Below, one piece after another: positions 23,329 to 33,089 of a DNA stretch of 51,683 nucleotides. The number at the start of each line of letters is the position of its first letter. Position 1 is the first letter of the stretch. The translations under genes and the position numbers were made by a program. The DNA is taken from assembly GCA_045576095.1 (NCBI GenBank), contig JAZNFP010000005.1, forward strand, positions 1-51,683, given 5' to 3'. The notes under the pieces are model-generated. The model made no database searches. It was not told the origin of the DNA and worked only from the letters and a program-made list of their open reading frames with translations. The stretch comes from Eubacteriales bacterium. Its GTDB lineage: Bacteria > Bacillota > Clostridia > Oscillospirales > CAG-272.

Positions 23329-24252
23329 TCAAGGGAGAAACAGAAGCGAAAGAATGAATGCCAGCACGCCGCTCGATAGCTTGCCGAGCAAATAGCTTTG
23401 CATGGGAATCCCTGCCTCAGCGACGTGGGACTTGATCTGAAGATACACCGATACACCCGAAAAGGCGATGCAGAATCCGAGGATCGGAGATGCGAGAGAG
23501 GAGCGAAGCGCTGCGGTATATGCCGCACCGCTTCCAATCTCAAGCACGCAGACGAGAAGGGTTGAGACGATACGTGACGGTATCAATCGGTGGATTAGGG
23601 CACTGCATACCGAAAAAAAGGTAAGGTAAGCGGCGACGTTAACAGAGGCGACACCGGCGCGATCAACGGCCCTGGTCAGAGAAAATTCGTTTGCGATACC
23701 GTCTGCGCGAGAGGGTGGATAAGCTCCCGCGTTTGATCTTCGCCGCATTGCGATTCCGATGAGAAAATGGGATATGACAACGGTCAGATATAGCTTGACA
23801 CCGAGGCGGATGCTTCCGAGCATGCCGAAGCCGACACCGGTAATAACGAATGCAGGGGAGGCAATCGAGGATAAAAACAGCAGGCGCCTTGCCTCGTCCT
23901 TTGAGATTGCGTTGCTTTTCAACAGCTCGACACAAACCCTGGCGCCGATGGGGAAGCCGCCGAGCATGCCGATCCATACGGCTCTGCTCCCCACCTTTGA
24001 GACGCCAAAAAGCGCTCCGATGAAGCGACCGAGCGTTTCATCGAGCGCTCGGAGATCAAGGGCAACGAGAAGATCCGCAACAACCATAAAGGGGATGATG
24101 GCGGGAAGAACGCTCCGGTAGGCAACGTAAAGCCCGGAGCGTACGCCCTCCGAAACGGTATCGGGGTATATCAGCAAAAGACAAACGGCACTCGCGGTTG
24201 CGACGAACGGAAAGATCGGCAGATGTTTTTCTGCGGATTCTCGCTTTGTCAT
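23329..24252 (-). CDS. Polytopic membrane protein with a nucleoside-recognition (Gate) domain, YlbJ-like sporulation protein
   Basis: Multiple TM segments and a LPAIIPFMVVADLLV-type Gate motif. Start set to the ATG at 24252 (GGAG 7 nt upstream). Confidence 0.55.
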   Translation of the reverse strand: MTKRESAEKHLPIFPFVATASAVCLLLIYPDTVSEGVRSGLYVAYRSVLPAIIPFMVVADLLVALDLRALDETLGRFIGALFGVSKVGSRAVWIGMLGGFPIGARVCVELLKSNAISKDEARRLLFLSSIASPAFVITGVGFGMLGSIRLGVKLYLTVVISHFLIGIAMRRRSNAGAYPPSRADGIANEFSLTRAVDRAGVASVNVAAYLTFFSVCSALIHRLIPSRIVSTLLVCVLEIGSGAAYTAALRSSLASPILGFCIAFSGVSVYLQIKSHVAEAGIPMQSYLLGKLSSGVLAFILSLLFLP

Positions 24253-24310
24253 GTTCCTACTCCTTTTTGCATACATTCGCATGAAAACCTATGAGGAGCA
24301 AAAGCAAGTT

Positions 24311-24616
24311 ATGACTCGAAGAAAACGAGAAGAAAAGAAGGCGGTGCCGAAGAGATTGACAAGAGCGTTTCACCTCGAGGCAGAGGCTTGTGGGGGCGGA
24401 GAGATGCTTTTGGTCGTCAGCGGTGCCAAAAAAATCTTACAATATACGGAAGAGCACCTTGAGATCGATCTCGGAGCAAGCGAACTTAGGATATGCGGTA
24501 CAGCACTGCTTTGCAGAAGCTACAGCTCCGGAGCGATCGAGGTGAAGGGCGGCGTTCGGAATATCGCTTTTTCCTGCCGGAACAGCGAAGCGGAGGTGAA
24601 TTTTGAAGGGGCTTAA
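24311..24616 (+). CDS. yqfC: YabP/YqfC-family sporulation protein
   Basis: Sits immediately upstream of and overlapping yqfD, as in B. subtilis. YabP-like core LVVSGAKKILQYTEEHLEIDLG...IEVKG. The start is uncertain (ATG 24311, GAGGAG upstream). Confidence 0.7.
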   Translation: MTRRKREEKKAVPKRLTRAFHLEAEACGGGEMLLVVSGAKKILQYTEEHLEIDLGASELRICGTALLCRSYSSGAIEVKGGVRNIAFSCRNSEAEVNFEGA

Positions 24617-25754
24617 CTTTTTTCTCGGGACGAGTCGCCTTTCCTTTTCAGAGGCGGATCGAACGCAGGTTTATCAGAGCTTGCTCAGCGAGCGAATTCA
24701 AGTGCTTTCGGCTGAGAACCGTTCGGACGGCTTTTGGATTTCTCTTTTCAGTGCTGATGCAAAAAGACTCCAAGGCATTCTTAATGGGACGGGGGTGTCT
24801 GTAAAAAACGAGGTAAAAAAAGGGCTCCCCGTTTTGCTTAAACGCCTTCTTCGGCGATGCGGGCTTCTTCTGGGACTTTTTTTGGGACTCTCCTTGTTTC
24901 TCTTTTGCAGGTCGCGTGTTTGGGAAATCCAGGTCCTCGGCAGCGGTCCGATCGACCCCGATCTGTTGATTGAGGAGCTTTCGGAATTTGGTTTAAGGGA
25001 GGGCGTTTCCTTTCGGGAGCTTGACTTTGATACGGTTTGCTTTGAAATGCAGAAGCTTGACAGACGGATTGCCTGGATGCAGATACGTAGAGAGGGGGTT
25101 AAAGTAATCGTTGAATGGATCCCGACGAAGAAGGAAGATTTATCTTTGCAGAGTACGCGGGAATGCGGTGCCAATCTGGTTGCGCGTAAGGATGCGGTTA
25201 TCGTTGATCTGCAAATCGAAAGCGGGGAAGCAAGTGTTTCGGTCGGATCAGTTGTTCATGCCGGGGAGCTTTTGGTCAGCGGAGTCGGCTCGCATTCGGC
25301 CGTATACGCGAGTGGCCGCGTCATCGGTCGTGTCAGGGAGCAGGTGTCGGTCAGGGTTCCGTTCAAAAGTGAGGAAATCGTCACGGTTGCAAACGAGGGG
25401 GTAGGCTTTTCCGTTGAGCTTTTCGGACGTCGGCTTTCGTTTGGAGAAAGCGAGGGAGATCTTTCCGATCGCGCAACGGCGTATCTTTTTGGAAAAATTC
25501 GCTTGCCGATCTTCTGGGAACGCGTATATCGGGCTGAATACACCGTAAGAGAGATCAAGCTCAGCGAAAGCGACGCCGCCAAAGCTGCAGGGCGGCTTCT
25601 ATCCGAGAGACTCGCGGTTTTGCTGGCGGAAGGAGAGCTTCTTTCAAGTTCGGTGACGGCAAGCTATGATGATGAGGGCTATACGCTTACCGCCGATATA
25701 GAATATCTGATAAATATTGCAAAAACACTTGAATTTTCACTTGAAAATGAGTAG
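24603..25754 (+). CDS. yqfD: Sporulation protein YqfD (stage IV sporulation family)
   Basis: TTG start with GGAGGTG upstream. One central TM segment and typical length. Position between yqfC and phoH. Confidence 0.8.
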   Translation: MKGLNFFLGTSRLSFSEADRTQVYQSLLSERIQVLSAENRSDGFWISLFSADAKRLQGILNGTGVSVKNEVKKGLPVLLKRLLRRCGLLLGLFLGLSLFLFCRSRVWEIQVLGSGPIDPDLLIEELSEFGLREGVSFRELDFDTVCFEMQKLDRRIAWMQIRREGVKVIVEWIPTKKEDLSLQSTRECGANLVARKDAVIVDLQIESGEASVSVGSVVHAGELLVSGVGSHSAVYASGRVIGRVREQVSVRVPFKSEEIVTVANEGVGFSVELFGRRLSFGESEGDLSDRATAYLFGKIRLPIFWERVYRAEYTVREIKLSESDAAKAAGRLLSERLAVLLAEGELLSSSVTASYDDEGYTLTADIEYLINIAKTLEFSLENE

Positions 25755-25804
25755 AATATTATCGGAGTATTTTATATTGGACGAATGAGACCAAAGGAGT
25801 AGTT

Positions 25805-26836
25805 ATGCCCGAAAAAATCGTGACGACGCAGTCGGGGGCTGTCACGTCCCTAATCTTCGGCACCTGTGATGAGAACGTTAAGAAAATCGAGGACCGTTTT
25901 TCGGTTCGCATATCGAACGGCGCCTCGACCTCGCCATCTGAAGGCGACGCCATTTTCATATGCGGAGATCGCTCGGATCGCGTATCGCTTGCCGCAACGG
26001 TTATCGAATATCTTAAGCGCATGCTCCTTGACGGAGATTCCCTCTCGGAGCAGAGCGTCGATTACGTTCTTTCGGCGGTTGAGGCAGGGGAAGCCGAGGA
26101 TCTGACGAGCCTAAAGGATGCGGTTTGCGTTACGATGAAGGGGAAGCCGATCCGTCCAAAAACCGTTGGACAGAAGCGGTACGTGGATGCAATTCGCAAG
26201 AACACCGTGACGCTCGGGATCGGACCTGCCGGAACCGGCAAGACCTTCCTTGCCGTTGCCATGGCGGTTGATGCACTTCGCAGTAAGCAGATTTCACGCA
26301 TCATTCTGACGCGTCCTGCGGTCGAGGCAGGCGAAAAGCTCGGCTTTTTGCCGGGCGATCTGCAAAATAAAATTGACCCGTATCTCCGTCCGCTCTACGA
26401 TGCGCTTCACGAGATGCTCGGTGCCGAGAATTTCCAAAGGCAGCTGGAAAGGAGCACCATTGAGATTGCGCCGCTTGCCTATATGCGAGGCAGAACGCTT
26501 GACGACGCCTTTATCATTCTGGACGAGGCACAGAACACGACCTGTGAGCAGATGAAAATGTTTTTGACCCGTCTCGGAACAAACTCGAAGGCGGTGGTTA
26601 CGGGAGACCCCTCGCAGACCGATCTGCCGTTCGGAAAAAAGAGCGGACTCGGCGTTGCGGCTCGGGTTTTGAAAGGGATTGATGGCATCTCGATTCACGC
26701 ATTCAGCGACCGAGACGTCGTTCGGCACCACCTTGTTCAGAAGATCATTAACGCATACGACCGCTATGAAAAAGAAAAGAGAAGTGAGACTTCAAGACGA
26801 AACTTTACGGCAAGACGGGAGGAAAAAGAGAAATGA
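25805..26836 (+). CDS. phoH: PhoH-family ATPase
   Basis: Walker A GPAGTGKTFLAVAMA and the IILDEAQN Walker B region. Confidence 0.92.
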   Translation: MPEKIVTTQSGAVTSLIFGTCDENVKKIEDRFSVRISNGASTSPSEGDAIFICGDRSDRVSLAATVIEYLKRMLLDGDSLSEQSVDYVLSAVEAGEAEDLTSLKDAVCVTMKGKPIRPKTVGQKRYVDAIRKNTVTLGIGPAGTGKTFLAVAMAVDALRSKQISRIILTRPAVEAGEKLGFLPGDLQNKIDPYLRPLYDALHEMLGAENFQRQLERSTIEIAPLAYMRGRTLDDAFIILDEAQNTTCEQMKMFLTRLGTNSKAVVTGDPSQTDLPFGKKSGLGVAARVLKGIDGISIHAFSDRDVVRHHLVQKIINAYDRYEKEKRSETSRRNFTARREEKEK

Positions 26837-27333
26837 AACCCATAGTACACTATGCGGGCAAGGAGCCGAGACTGTTCGTTGACTATACGGCAACCAATCT
26901 TTCGACGGTGATTGGCTACCAAACGAAGAGTGTCGTTCGAAGGGCGATTCTCGAAACCCTCTCCTATGAGGACTTTAAGCGCAACACCGAGGTATCGGTT
27001 ACCTTTTGTGATAACGCATATATTCGCTCTCTGAATGCCGAATTCAGAAGCAAGGATAGTGCGACCGACGTCCTTTCCTTCCCGATCTACGAACGAGGGG
27101 AAGCAAAAACAACGGCGGACGAGCCCGTAACGCTTGGAGATATCGTTCTTTCGGTGGAGAGAACCGAGGCTCAGGCAAAGGAGCTCGGACATTCCTTTTT
27201 GCGCGAGTTGGCTTTTCTGACGATCCACTCCACGCTGCATCTGCTTGGATACGATCATGAGCTTTCGCCCGAAGATGACGAGGATATGTGCCGCCGTCAG
27301 CGAGAGATCGTGGAAAGACTTGGAATTGATTGA
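26833..27333 (+). CDS. ybeY: rRNA maturation endoribonuclease YbeY
   Basis: HSTLHLLGYDH zinc motif; ATGA overlap with phoH. Confidence 0.93.
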   Translation: MKPIVHYAGKEPRLFVDYTATNLSTVIGYQTKSVVRRAILETLSYEDFKRNTEVSVTFCDNAYIRSLNAEFRSKDSATDVLSFPIYERGEAKTTADEPVTLGDIVLSVERTEAQAKELGHSFLRELAFLTIHSTLHLLGYDHELSPEDDEDMCRRQREIVERLGID

Positions 27334-27346
27334 AAGTGAGGCTTCT

Positions 27347-28231
27347 ATGAAAAGAACAGCATTTATCGCAATCGTCGGACGCCCGAACGTTGGAAAATCC
27401 ACGCTTCTCAACGCGATTCTCGGGGAGAAGGTGGCGATCACCTCCAAGCGCCCGCAGACGACGCGCAACCGTATTACGGGAATCCATACGGTCGGTGACG
27501 ATCAGTACGTATTTCTTGATACGCCAGGCCTTCATAAGGCGCGTACGAAGCTTGGCGATTACATGGTCAAGGCGGCAACCGGCTCGCTCGGTGACAGCGA
27601 TGCCGTTCTTCTCGTCGTCGAGCCGAGAAGCGAGGTCGGGGATATTGAAGCTGAGATTATTGCTCGCGTTAAGGCGGGGAATCTGCCCTGTATTCTCGTC
27701 ATCAACAAGACCGATTCGGTTACCGCTAAAAATATCGGCGATGCCATTCTGGCATATTCTGCGGCACATGAATTCGATGCCGTCGTGCCGATTTCAGCAA
27801 AGCACGGTAAGGGGGTTTCAACCGTTCTTTCGGAGTGTGAGCGTTACCTTACCGAGAGCGTTTGGTTTTTTCCAGACGATATCGTAACCGATCAGCCCGA
27901 GCGACAGATCGCCTCGGAGATCATCCGCGAGAAGCTGCTTCGCGTTCTTGAGGACGAGGTGCCGCACGGTACGGCGGTTGCCATCGAGGAGTTCAAGGAA
28001 GCAGGGAAGCTTCTCCGAATCCGTGCCGAAATCTTCTGTGAGCGCCAGAACCATAAGGGAATCATCATCGGTAAGCACGGTGCAACCCTCAAGACCGTCG
28101 GTACCTATGCAAGAGAGGATCTTGAACGCTTTTTCGGTGTAAAGGTCTTCCTTGATCTTTGGGTGAAGGTTAAGGAAAATTGGCGTGACAATACCGGCAA
28201 TCTAAACAACTTCGGCTATAGGGACGAATAA
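27347..28231 (+). CDS. era: GTPase Era
   Basis: G1 GRPNVGKSTLLN, G3 DTPG, G4 NKTD, C-terminal KH domain. The track ORF from 27245 is an over-extension. Confidence 0.95.
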   Translation: MKRTAFIAIVGRPNVGKSTLLNAILGEKVAITSKRPQTTRNRITGIHTVGDDQYVFLDTPGLHKARTKLGDYMVKAATGSLGDSDAVLLVVEPRSEVGDIEAEIIARVKAGNLPCILVINKTDSVTAKNIGDAILAYSAAHEFDAVVPISAKHGKGVSTVLSECERYLTESVWFFPDDIVTDQPERQIASEIIREKLLRVLEDEVPHGTAVAIEEFKEAGKLLRIRAEIFCERQNHKGIIIGKHGATLKTVGTYAREDLERFFGVKVFLDLWVKVKENWRDNTGNLNNFGYRDE

Positions 28232-28232
28232 G

Positions 28233-29021
28233 ATGCTTCTTGAAGTCAAGGGGGTCGTTATTCGAGCCGTGAATCTTTCGGAGAGCGATCGGATCGTCAC
28301 GATTCTGACCGAAAGCCATGGAACGATCTCTGCCTATGCGAATAATAGCCGCTCGCTCAAAAGCCGATACATGGCGGCGGCACAGCTTTTTTGCTACGGA
28401 AGCTACGTTCTGTACAAAAAAGGCGATCGCTTCTGGGTGCGTGAGGTTGAGCTGATCGAGAGCTTTTTCGGGCTTCGGAATTCGGTTGAGCGCATGGCTC
28501 TTGCCGCGTATTTTTGCGAGGTGCTTTCCGACGTCACGACGGCCGATGCAGACCCCGATGTGCTCAGGCTCACACTCAATTCCCTCTATGCCGTTGCAAA
28601 CGGTCCCTCTCTGCTCGGGAAGATTAAGGCGGCCTTTGAGATGCGCCTTGCCGCTTTGATCGGTTTCATGCCGGATCTGGATGGCTGTGCCGAATGCGGA
28701 AGGCGCGACGGAGTTCTTTATCTGGATATTATGGACGGCGTTGCTGTCTGCTCCGAGTGCCGAGAGTATGCGGCGGCAGAGCGGCGAGAGGGTGCGCTTC
28801 TTTATTCGGGCGAGGAAGCACGACGGGCGATCCTCATTTTGTCCGAGCCTGTATGTGCTACGATGCGATACGTCATGTCGGCGCCTCTTGAGCGATTGCT
28901 TGCGTTCCGCGTTGCCGAGGAGGATGAGGCGAGCTTTGAGCTTGCTGCCGAGCAGTATTTGCTCAATCACGTTGAAAGCGGGTACGATACCTTGAAATTT
29001 TACAAAGACGTCATCAGATAA
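28233..29021 (+). CDS. recO: DNA repair protein RecO
   Basis: N-terminal OB fold, a CxxC...CxxC zinc motif (CAECG...CSECRE), and the era-recO order. Confidence 0.9.
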   Translation: MLLEVKGVVIRAVNLSESDRIVTILTESHGTISAYANNSRSLKSRYMAAAQLFCYGSYVLYKKGDRFWVREVELIESFFGLRNSVERMALAAYFCEVLSDVTTADADPDVLRLTLNSLYAVANGPSLLGKIKAAFEMRLAALIGFMPDLDGCAECGRRDGVLYLDIMDGVAVCSECREYAAAERREGALLYSGEEARRAILILSEPVCATMRYVMSAPLERLLAFRVAEEDEASFELAAEQYLLNHVESGYDTLKFYKDVIR

Positions 29022-29031
29022 CGGAGGGACC

Positions 29032-31428
29032 ATGCTTTTCAGTCAAAAAACACTTGCTACGCTTGAATACGACAAGATCATTCAGATGTTGGTCGAGCTT
29101 GCAGCGACGGGCGGAGCAAAGACACGTGCGAAAACACTGCTTCCCACCGACGATCCCTATACCGTCCGAAAGCGTCAAAGAGAAACGACCGATGCAAGGC
29201 GTCTGATCGCTGTCAAGGGCTATCCCTCGTTCAGTGCCGACGAGCTTGTGCTCCCCTCTCTGGACCGTGCCGAGAAGGGGGCAACCCTCTCGACGGCGGA
29301 GCTGCTTCAGATTTCGGCGCTTTTGCACAGCTCGAGAGGGCTGATCGACTATCTGCATACCGATCGGCTTTTCGAGACGGTTTTAGATGAGATTTTCGAC
29401 CGCATTCAGGCAAATCGCTTCCTCGAGTCTTCCATTGATCGGGCTATTTTGGCGGAGGATATGATTGCTGATGAAGCGAGCCCGGCACTTGCCGACGTCC
29501 GTCGCAAGATCCGAAACGTCAATAACAGGATAAAGGATACGCTCGCCGGCTACACGGGCGGTCAGAGGTCTAAATATCTGCAGGAAAACATCGTGACGAT
29601 GCGAGGCGGCAGATACGTCGTTCCTGTCAAGGCAGAATACCGAAACGAGGTCAAGGGTCTCGTTCATGACACCTCGTCCTCCGGCGCAACGCTGTTCGTC
29701 GAGCCGATGGCGATCATCGAGGCGAACAACGAGCTTCGCACGCTGGAAAGCAAGGAGCGCGCCGAGATCGACCGCATTCTTGCCGAGCTTTCCGCCGCTT
29801 GTGCCGACAGCTCGGGGATTCTGCGGCAAAATTATTATGCCGTAACCGAGCTTTCCTTTATTTATGCAAAGGCGTCGCTTGCAGATAAAATGAAGGCGAA
29901 CGCGCCGAGCATTTCCGATACCCCGGGAGTTCGCCTTGATGATGCTCGGCATCCCTTGATTGATCCGAGTCGCGTCGTTCCGATCTGCGTTTCGGTCGGC
30001 GGAGCGTACGATACCCTGATTATCACCGGACCCAATACAGGCGGAAAAACCGTTACGCTCAAGACGATCGGTCTTCTTTCTCTGATGGCGCAGGCGGGAC
30101 TTCACATCCCTGCATCCGAGCGGTCGGAGATCGGCGTATTCGGCGAAATTCTCGTCGATCTCGGCGACGAGCAGAGTATTGAGCAATCGCTGTCCACCTT
30201 TTCCTCGCACATGGTCAATATCGTTGATATTCTGAAATCGGTCGGACCGCGCTCGCTTGTGCTGTTCGATGAGCTTGGTGCGGGAACCGATCCTGTCGAG
30301 GGGGCGGCGCTTGCGATATCCATTCTCGAGAGGGTTCGTGCTTGCTCGGCGCTTGCTGCGGCAACGACGCATTACGCCGAGCTAAAGGCGTACGCACTCG
30401 AGACCCCCGGTGTTCAGAACGCTTCCTGCGAGTTCGATATTGACACGCTTCGGCCGACCTATCGGCTCATCGTCGGAACGCCCGGAAAGTCGAACGCCTT
30501 TGCCATTTCCGAGCGGCTCGGCATTCCGACTGACGTTGTGGAATCCGCAAAGCGTATGGTTTCGAGTGAAAACAGGCGCTTTGAGCGGGTCATCGAGCAG
30601 CTTGAGGAGAACCGTATCGAAATGGAGCGCAACCGCGACGAATCCGAGCGCCTTCGAATTGAGTATGAGCAATTCAAGAGGGATGCCGAGGAGAAGCTTC
30701 GCAAAAAGCTTGCCGAATCCGAAAAGCAGATCCTTCGCGAGCGCGAGCAGGCAAGACGGATGATTGACAGCGCGCGCATCAATAGCGAGTACGTTTTCAA
30801 GGAGCTCGGTGAAATTCGCAAAAAGCAGGAACGCGGGGATTTCGCAAATCAGCTTGCCGAGGCGCGTGAGCGTGTACGCGAGGCACTGAAGCAAAGCGAC
30901 CACGTATATGACGCCTATGCTCCGAACATTTCGCTCGAGGAGGAATACGTCCTGCCGCGCCCTCTCGTTGTCGGAGACGAGGTATATATCGTTCCGTATC
31001 ATCAGTCGGGAGTCGTAACGGCGCTGGCAGGGCGTGACGGTCTCGTTTCGGTGCGTGCGGGAATCCTAAAAGCAAAGATTTCCGAAAAGGATCTCCGTCT
31101 CATCACCGGACAGAAAAAGGCGCCCGCAACCGAGCAACGGGCAAGGCCGAGTGAGGCAAAAATCAAAAAATCCGTGATTGGAAGCTTCAAGCCGGAGCTC
31201 GACATTCGCGGTCGGTACGCCGAGGACGGATGGGAGGAAACCGATAAATATCTTGACAGCGCTGTGCTCGCAGGCCTTACGGTTGCACGAATTGTACACG
31301 GAAAGGGAACCGGCGCGCTCAAAAAAGCGATCTGGGAGCGTCTGAAAACCGATCCGCGCGTCAAAAGCTTCCGATTGGGGAACTATGGGGAGGGCGACAG
31401 CGGCGTTACCGTCGTTGAGCTGAAATAA
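29032..31428 (+). CDS. mutS2: Endonuclease MutS2 (MutS domain V ATPase plus a C-terminal Smr domain)
   Basis: Walker A GPNTGGKT, Walker B FDELGAGTDP, and a C-terminal Smr domain (LDIRGRYAEDG...IVHGKGTGALK). Confidence 0.93.
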   Translation: MLFSQKTLATLEYDKIIQMLVELAATGGAKTRAKTLLPTDDPYTVRKRQRETTDARRLIAVKGYPSFSADELVLPSLDRAEKGATLSTAELLQISALLHSSRGLIDYLHTDRLFETVLDEIFDRIQANRFLESSIDRAILAEDMIADEASPALADVRRKIRNVNNRIKDTLAGYTGGQRSKYLQENIVTMRGGRYVVPVKAEYRNEVKGLVHDTSSSGATLFVEPMAIIEANNELRTLESKERAEIDRILAELSAACADSSGILRQNYYAVTELSFIYAKASLADKMKANAPSISDTPGVRLDDARHPLIDPSRVVPICVSVGGAYDTLIITGPNTGGKTVTLKTIGLLSLMAQAGLHIPASERSEIGVFGEILVDLGDEQSIEQSLSTFSSHMVNIVDILKSVGPRSLVLFDELGAGTDPVEGAALAISILERVRACSALAAATTHYAELKAYALETPGVQNASCEFDIDTLRPTYRLIVGTPGKSNAFAISERLGIPTDVVESAKRMVSSENRRFERVIEQLEENRIEMERNRDESERLRIEYEQFKRDAEEKLRKKLAESEKQILREREQARRMIDSARINSEYVFKELGEIRKKQERGDFANQLAEARERVREALKQSDHVYDAYAPNISLEEEYVLPRPLVVGDEVYIVPYHQSGVVTALAGRDGLVSVRAGILKAKISEKDLRLITGQKKAPATEQRARPSEAKIKKSVIGSFKPELDIRGRYAEDGWEETDKYLDSAVLAGLTVARIVHGKGTGALKKAIWERLKTDPRVKSFRLGNYGEGDSGVTVVELK

Positions 31429-31623
31429 ACACAAGGCGAAAAATGATTCGGTCTCCCAATACGGCTGTACGCGAAAGAACCGCCCTTTCATCGGTCCCTT
31501 ACCGAGAGAAGAAAATTTTTCCGTCGGCGAAAGGCAAAGCACAAAACCGTAGATTGATTTTCGCGGTTTTGTGCTGTCATACATATAACGCACTCAACCA
31601 CGCATACGAGGTGATGATAAGGA

Positions 31624-32796
31624 ATGGGAAGCCTGCTTTTAGCTCTTATATACATATCCTTTATCAGTCTTGGCTTACCCGACTCACTTTTAGGATCCGC
31701 ATGGCCCGTTCTTCACGACGAAATCAGCGTGCCTATCTCATACGCCGGGATTATATCGGCAACCATCTCTGCGGGTACGATCCTTTCGAGTCTGTTCAGC
31801 GATAGGCTCTTGCATCGATTCGGCGCAGGCTTGGTAACCGCCGTTAGCGGTACGCTTGCGGCTCTCGGCTTATTCGGCTTTTCTGTCAGCGGTCAATTTT
31901 GGATGCTGATGCTGTGGGCAATTCCATACGGACTCGGTGCCGGTGGCGTGGATGCTATTTTAAATAATTACGTAGCCTTGCATTATAAGGCACAGCATAT
32001 GAGCTGGCTTCACTGTACGTGGGGCGTGGGTGCATCTGTCAGCCCGTATATCATGAGCTTTGCGCTCGTAAAACTCAAAAGCTGGAGTCGTGGCTATCTT
32101 ATCGTAGCGGTGATTCAAGCGGTGCTTTCCGTAATCATATTCTCAAGTATCCCTCTTTGGAGGAAAGGCCGTACGGATTCCGATGCCGCAATGAATGAAA
32201 ACAAAGCAAAACCGCTCACCCTTCGACAGCTCTTTGCTGTCAAGGGGGCAATTGAGTGCTTTTTGATGTTTTTCTGCTACTGCTCGATAGAGCTGACCGC
32301 ATCTCTTTGGGCAAGCACGTATTTCGTGGAAAAATGGGGCTTCTCGCCCGAAGCCGCGGCGGGATACGTGAGTATGTTCTATATCGGTATAACATCAGGA
32401 AGATTCATAAACGGCATACTTGCGATGAAGCTTGGCGACCGATTCCTTATTCGCATGGGAACGGCGATTATGGCTGTCGGGACTGCCTTGCTGTTCTTGC
32501 CGCTTTACTCCGTGCTTGCTCTGGTTGGATTGATCGTTATCGGACTTGGATGCGCTCCTATCTATCCATGTGTTATTCATATGACTCCCGACGTTTTCGG
32601 AGCGGATAAATCGCAGGCAATGATAGGCGTTCAAATGGCGTTCGGCTATATCGGATTTTTGTCAACGCCGCCTCTGTTCGGTGTGATCGCTGAAAATATC
32701 GCCATTTCACTTCTGCCGCCGTTTCTATTTGTATTCCTCGTCTGTATGTTCGTCATGCATGAGCTCGTTTTAATAAGAGTCAAGAATCATGATTGA
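31624..32796 (+). CDS. MFS transporter
   Basis: 390 aa, about 12 hydrophobic segments, MFS-like loop motifs. Confidence 0.8.
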   Translation: MGSLLLALIYISFISLGLPDSLLGSAWPVLHDEISVPISYAGIISATISAGTILSSLFSDRLLHRFGAGLVTAVSGTLAALGLFGFSVSGQFWMLMLWAIPYGLGAGGVDAILNNYVALHYKAQHMSWLHCTWGVGASVSPYIMSFALVKLKSWSRGYLIVAVIQAVLSVIIFSSIPLWRKGRTDSDAAMNENKAKPLTLRQLFAVKGAIECFLMFFCYCSIELTASLWASTYFVEKWGFSPEAAAGYVSMFYIGITSGRFINGILAMKLGDRFLIRMGTAIMAVGTALLFLPLYSVLALVGLIVIGLGCAPIYPCVIHMTPDVFGADKSQAMIGVQMAFGYIGFLSTPPLFGVIAENIAISLLPPFLFVFLVCMFVMHELVLIRVKNHD

Positions 32797-32827
32797 ATTT
32801 TTCAAAACGTATGGCTTTCAAACCGTT

Positions 32828-32860
32828 AAAAGGCTCTCCGCGGGAGCCTTTTTGTTTTTT
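32828..32860 (+). terminator. Intrinsic terminator of the MFS gene
   Basis: aaaaggctc-tccgcgg-gagcctttt followed by tgtttttt. Confidence 0.75.
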
Positions 32861-32876
32861 CGACAGCAAAATAAGA

Positions 32877-33040
32877 GGCTCGCTTGATTTCGGCATAACC
32901 GAAGAAAAACGATAAAAATGAGAAAACCCGAAGGTTTTCCACCTTAAAATAGGATGCGTAAAGAAAAAACAGGTGCTACGCCTACGCGCAGCACCTGTTT
33001 TCTTCGTTTTTTGTTCGGTTATGCCGAAAGGAAGCAGCAC
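32877..33040 (-). repeat. MITE-like intergenic repeat, copy B (inverted relative to copy A)
   Basis: TIRs ggcataaccgaagaaaaac / gttttttgttcggttatgcc. Internal hairpins caggtgctacgc-ctac-gcgcagcacctg and gaaaacc-cgaa-ggttttc. The outer 45 nt are nearly identical to the copy A end (ggctcgcttgatttcggcataaccgaa...). Confidence 0.8.
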
Positions 33041-33089
33041 CTTTGAGAGCCATCCTTAATCGCACAACAAAATGAATAAGGCCTTGCTT

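Noticed and set aside
31429-31623. Possible riboswitch or sRNA in the 195-nt mutS2-MFS spacer (hairpin gcacaaaaccg-N14-cggttttgtgc at about 31539-31577).
   Set aside because: I recognised no conserved riboswitch core. The hairpin lacks a proper U-tract on either strand. It is most simply a weak terminator or stabiliser for mutS2, and the evidence is insufficient for a feature call.
22801-33040. Reading the two inverted MITE-like copies as the ends of a composite transposon or genomic island.
   Set aside because: The enclosed genes (yqfC-yqfD-phoH-ybeY-era-recO-mutS2 and others) are core housekeeping and sporulation genes. They keep B. subtilis-like order and have the same GC-rich composition as the surroundings. 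No transposase or integrase is present.
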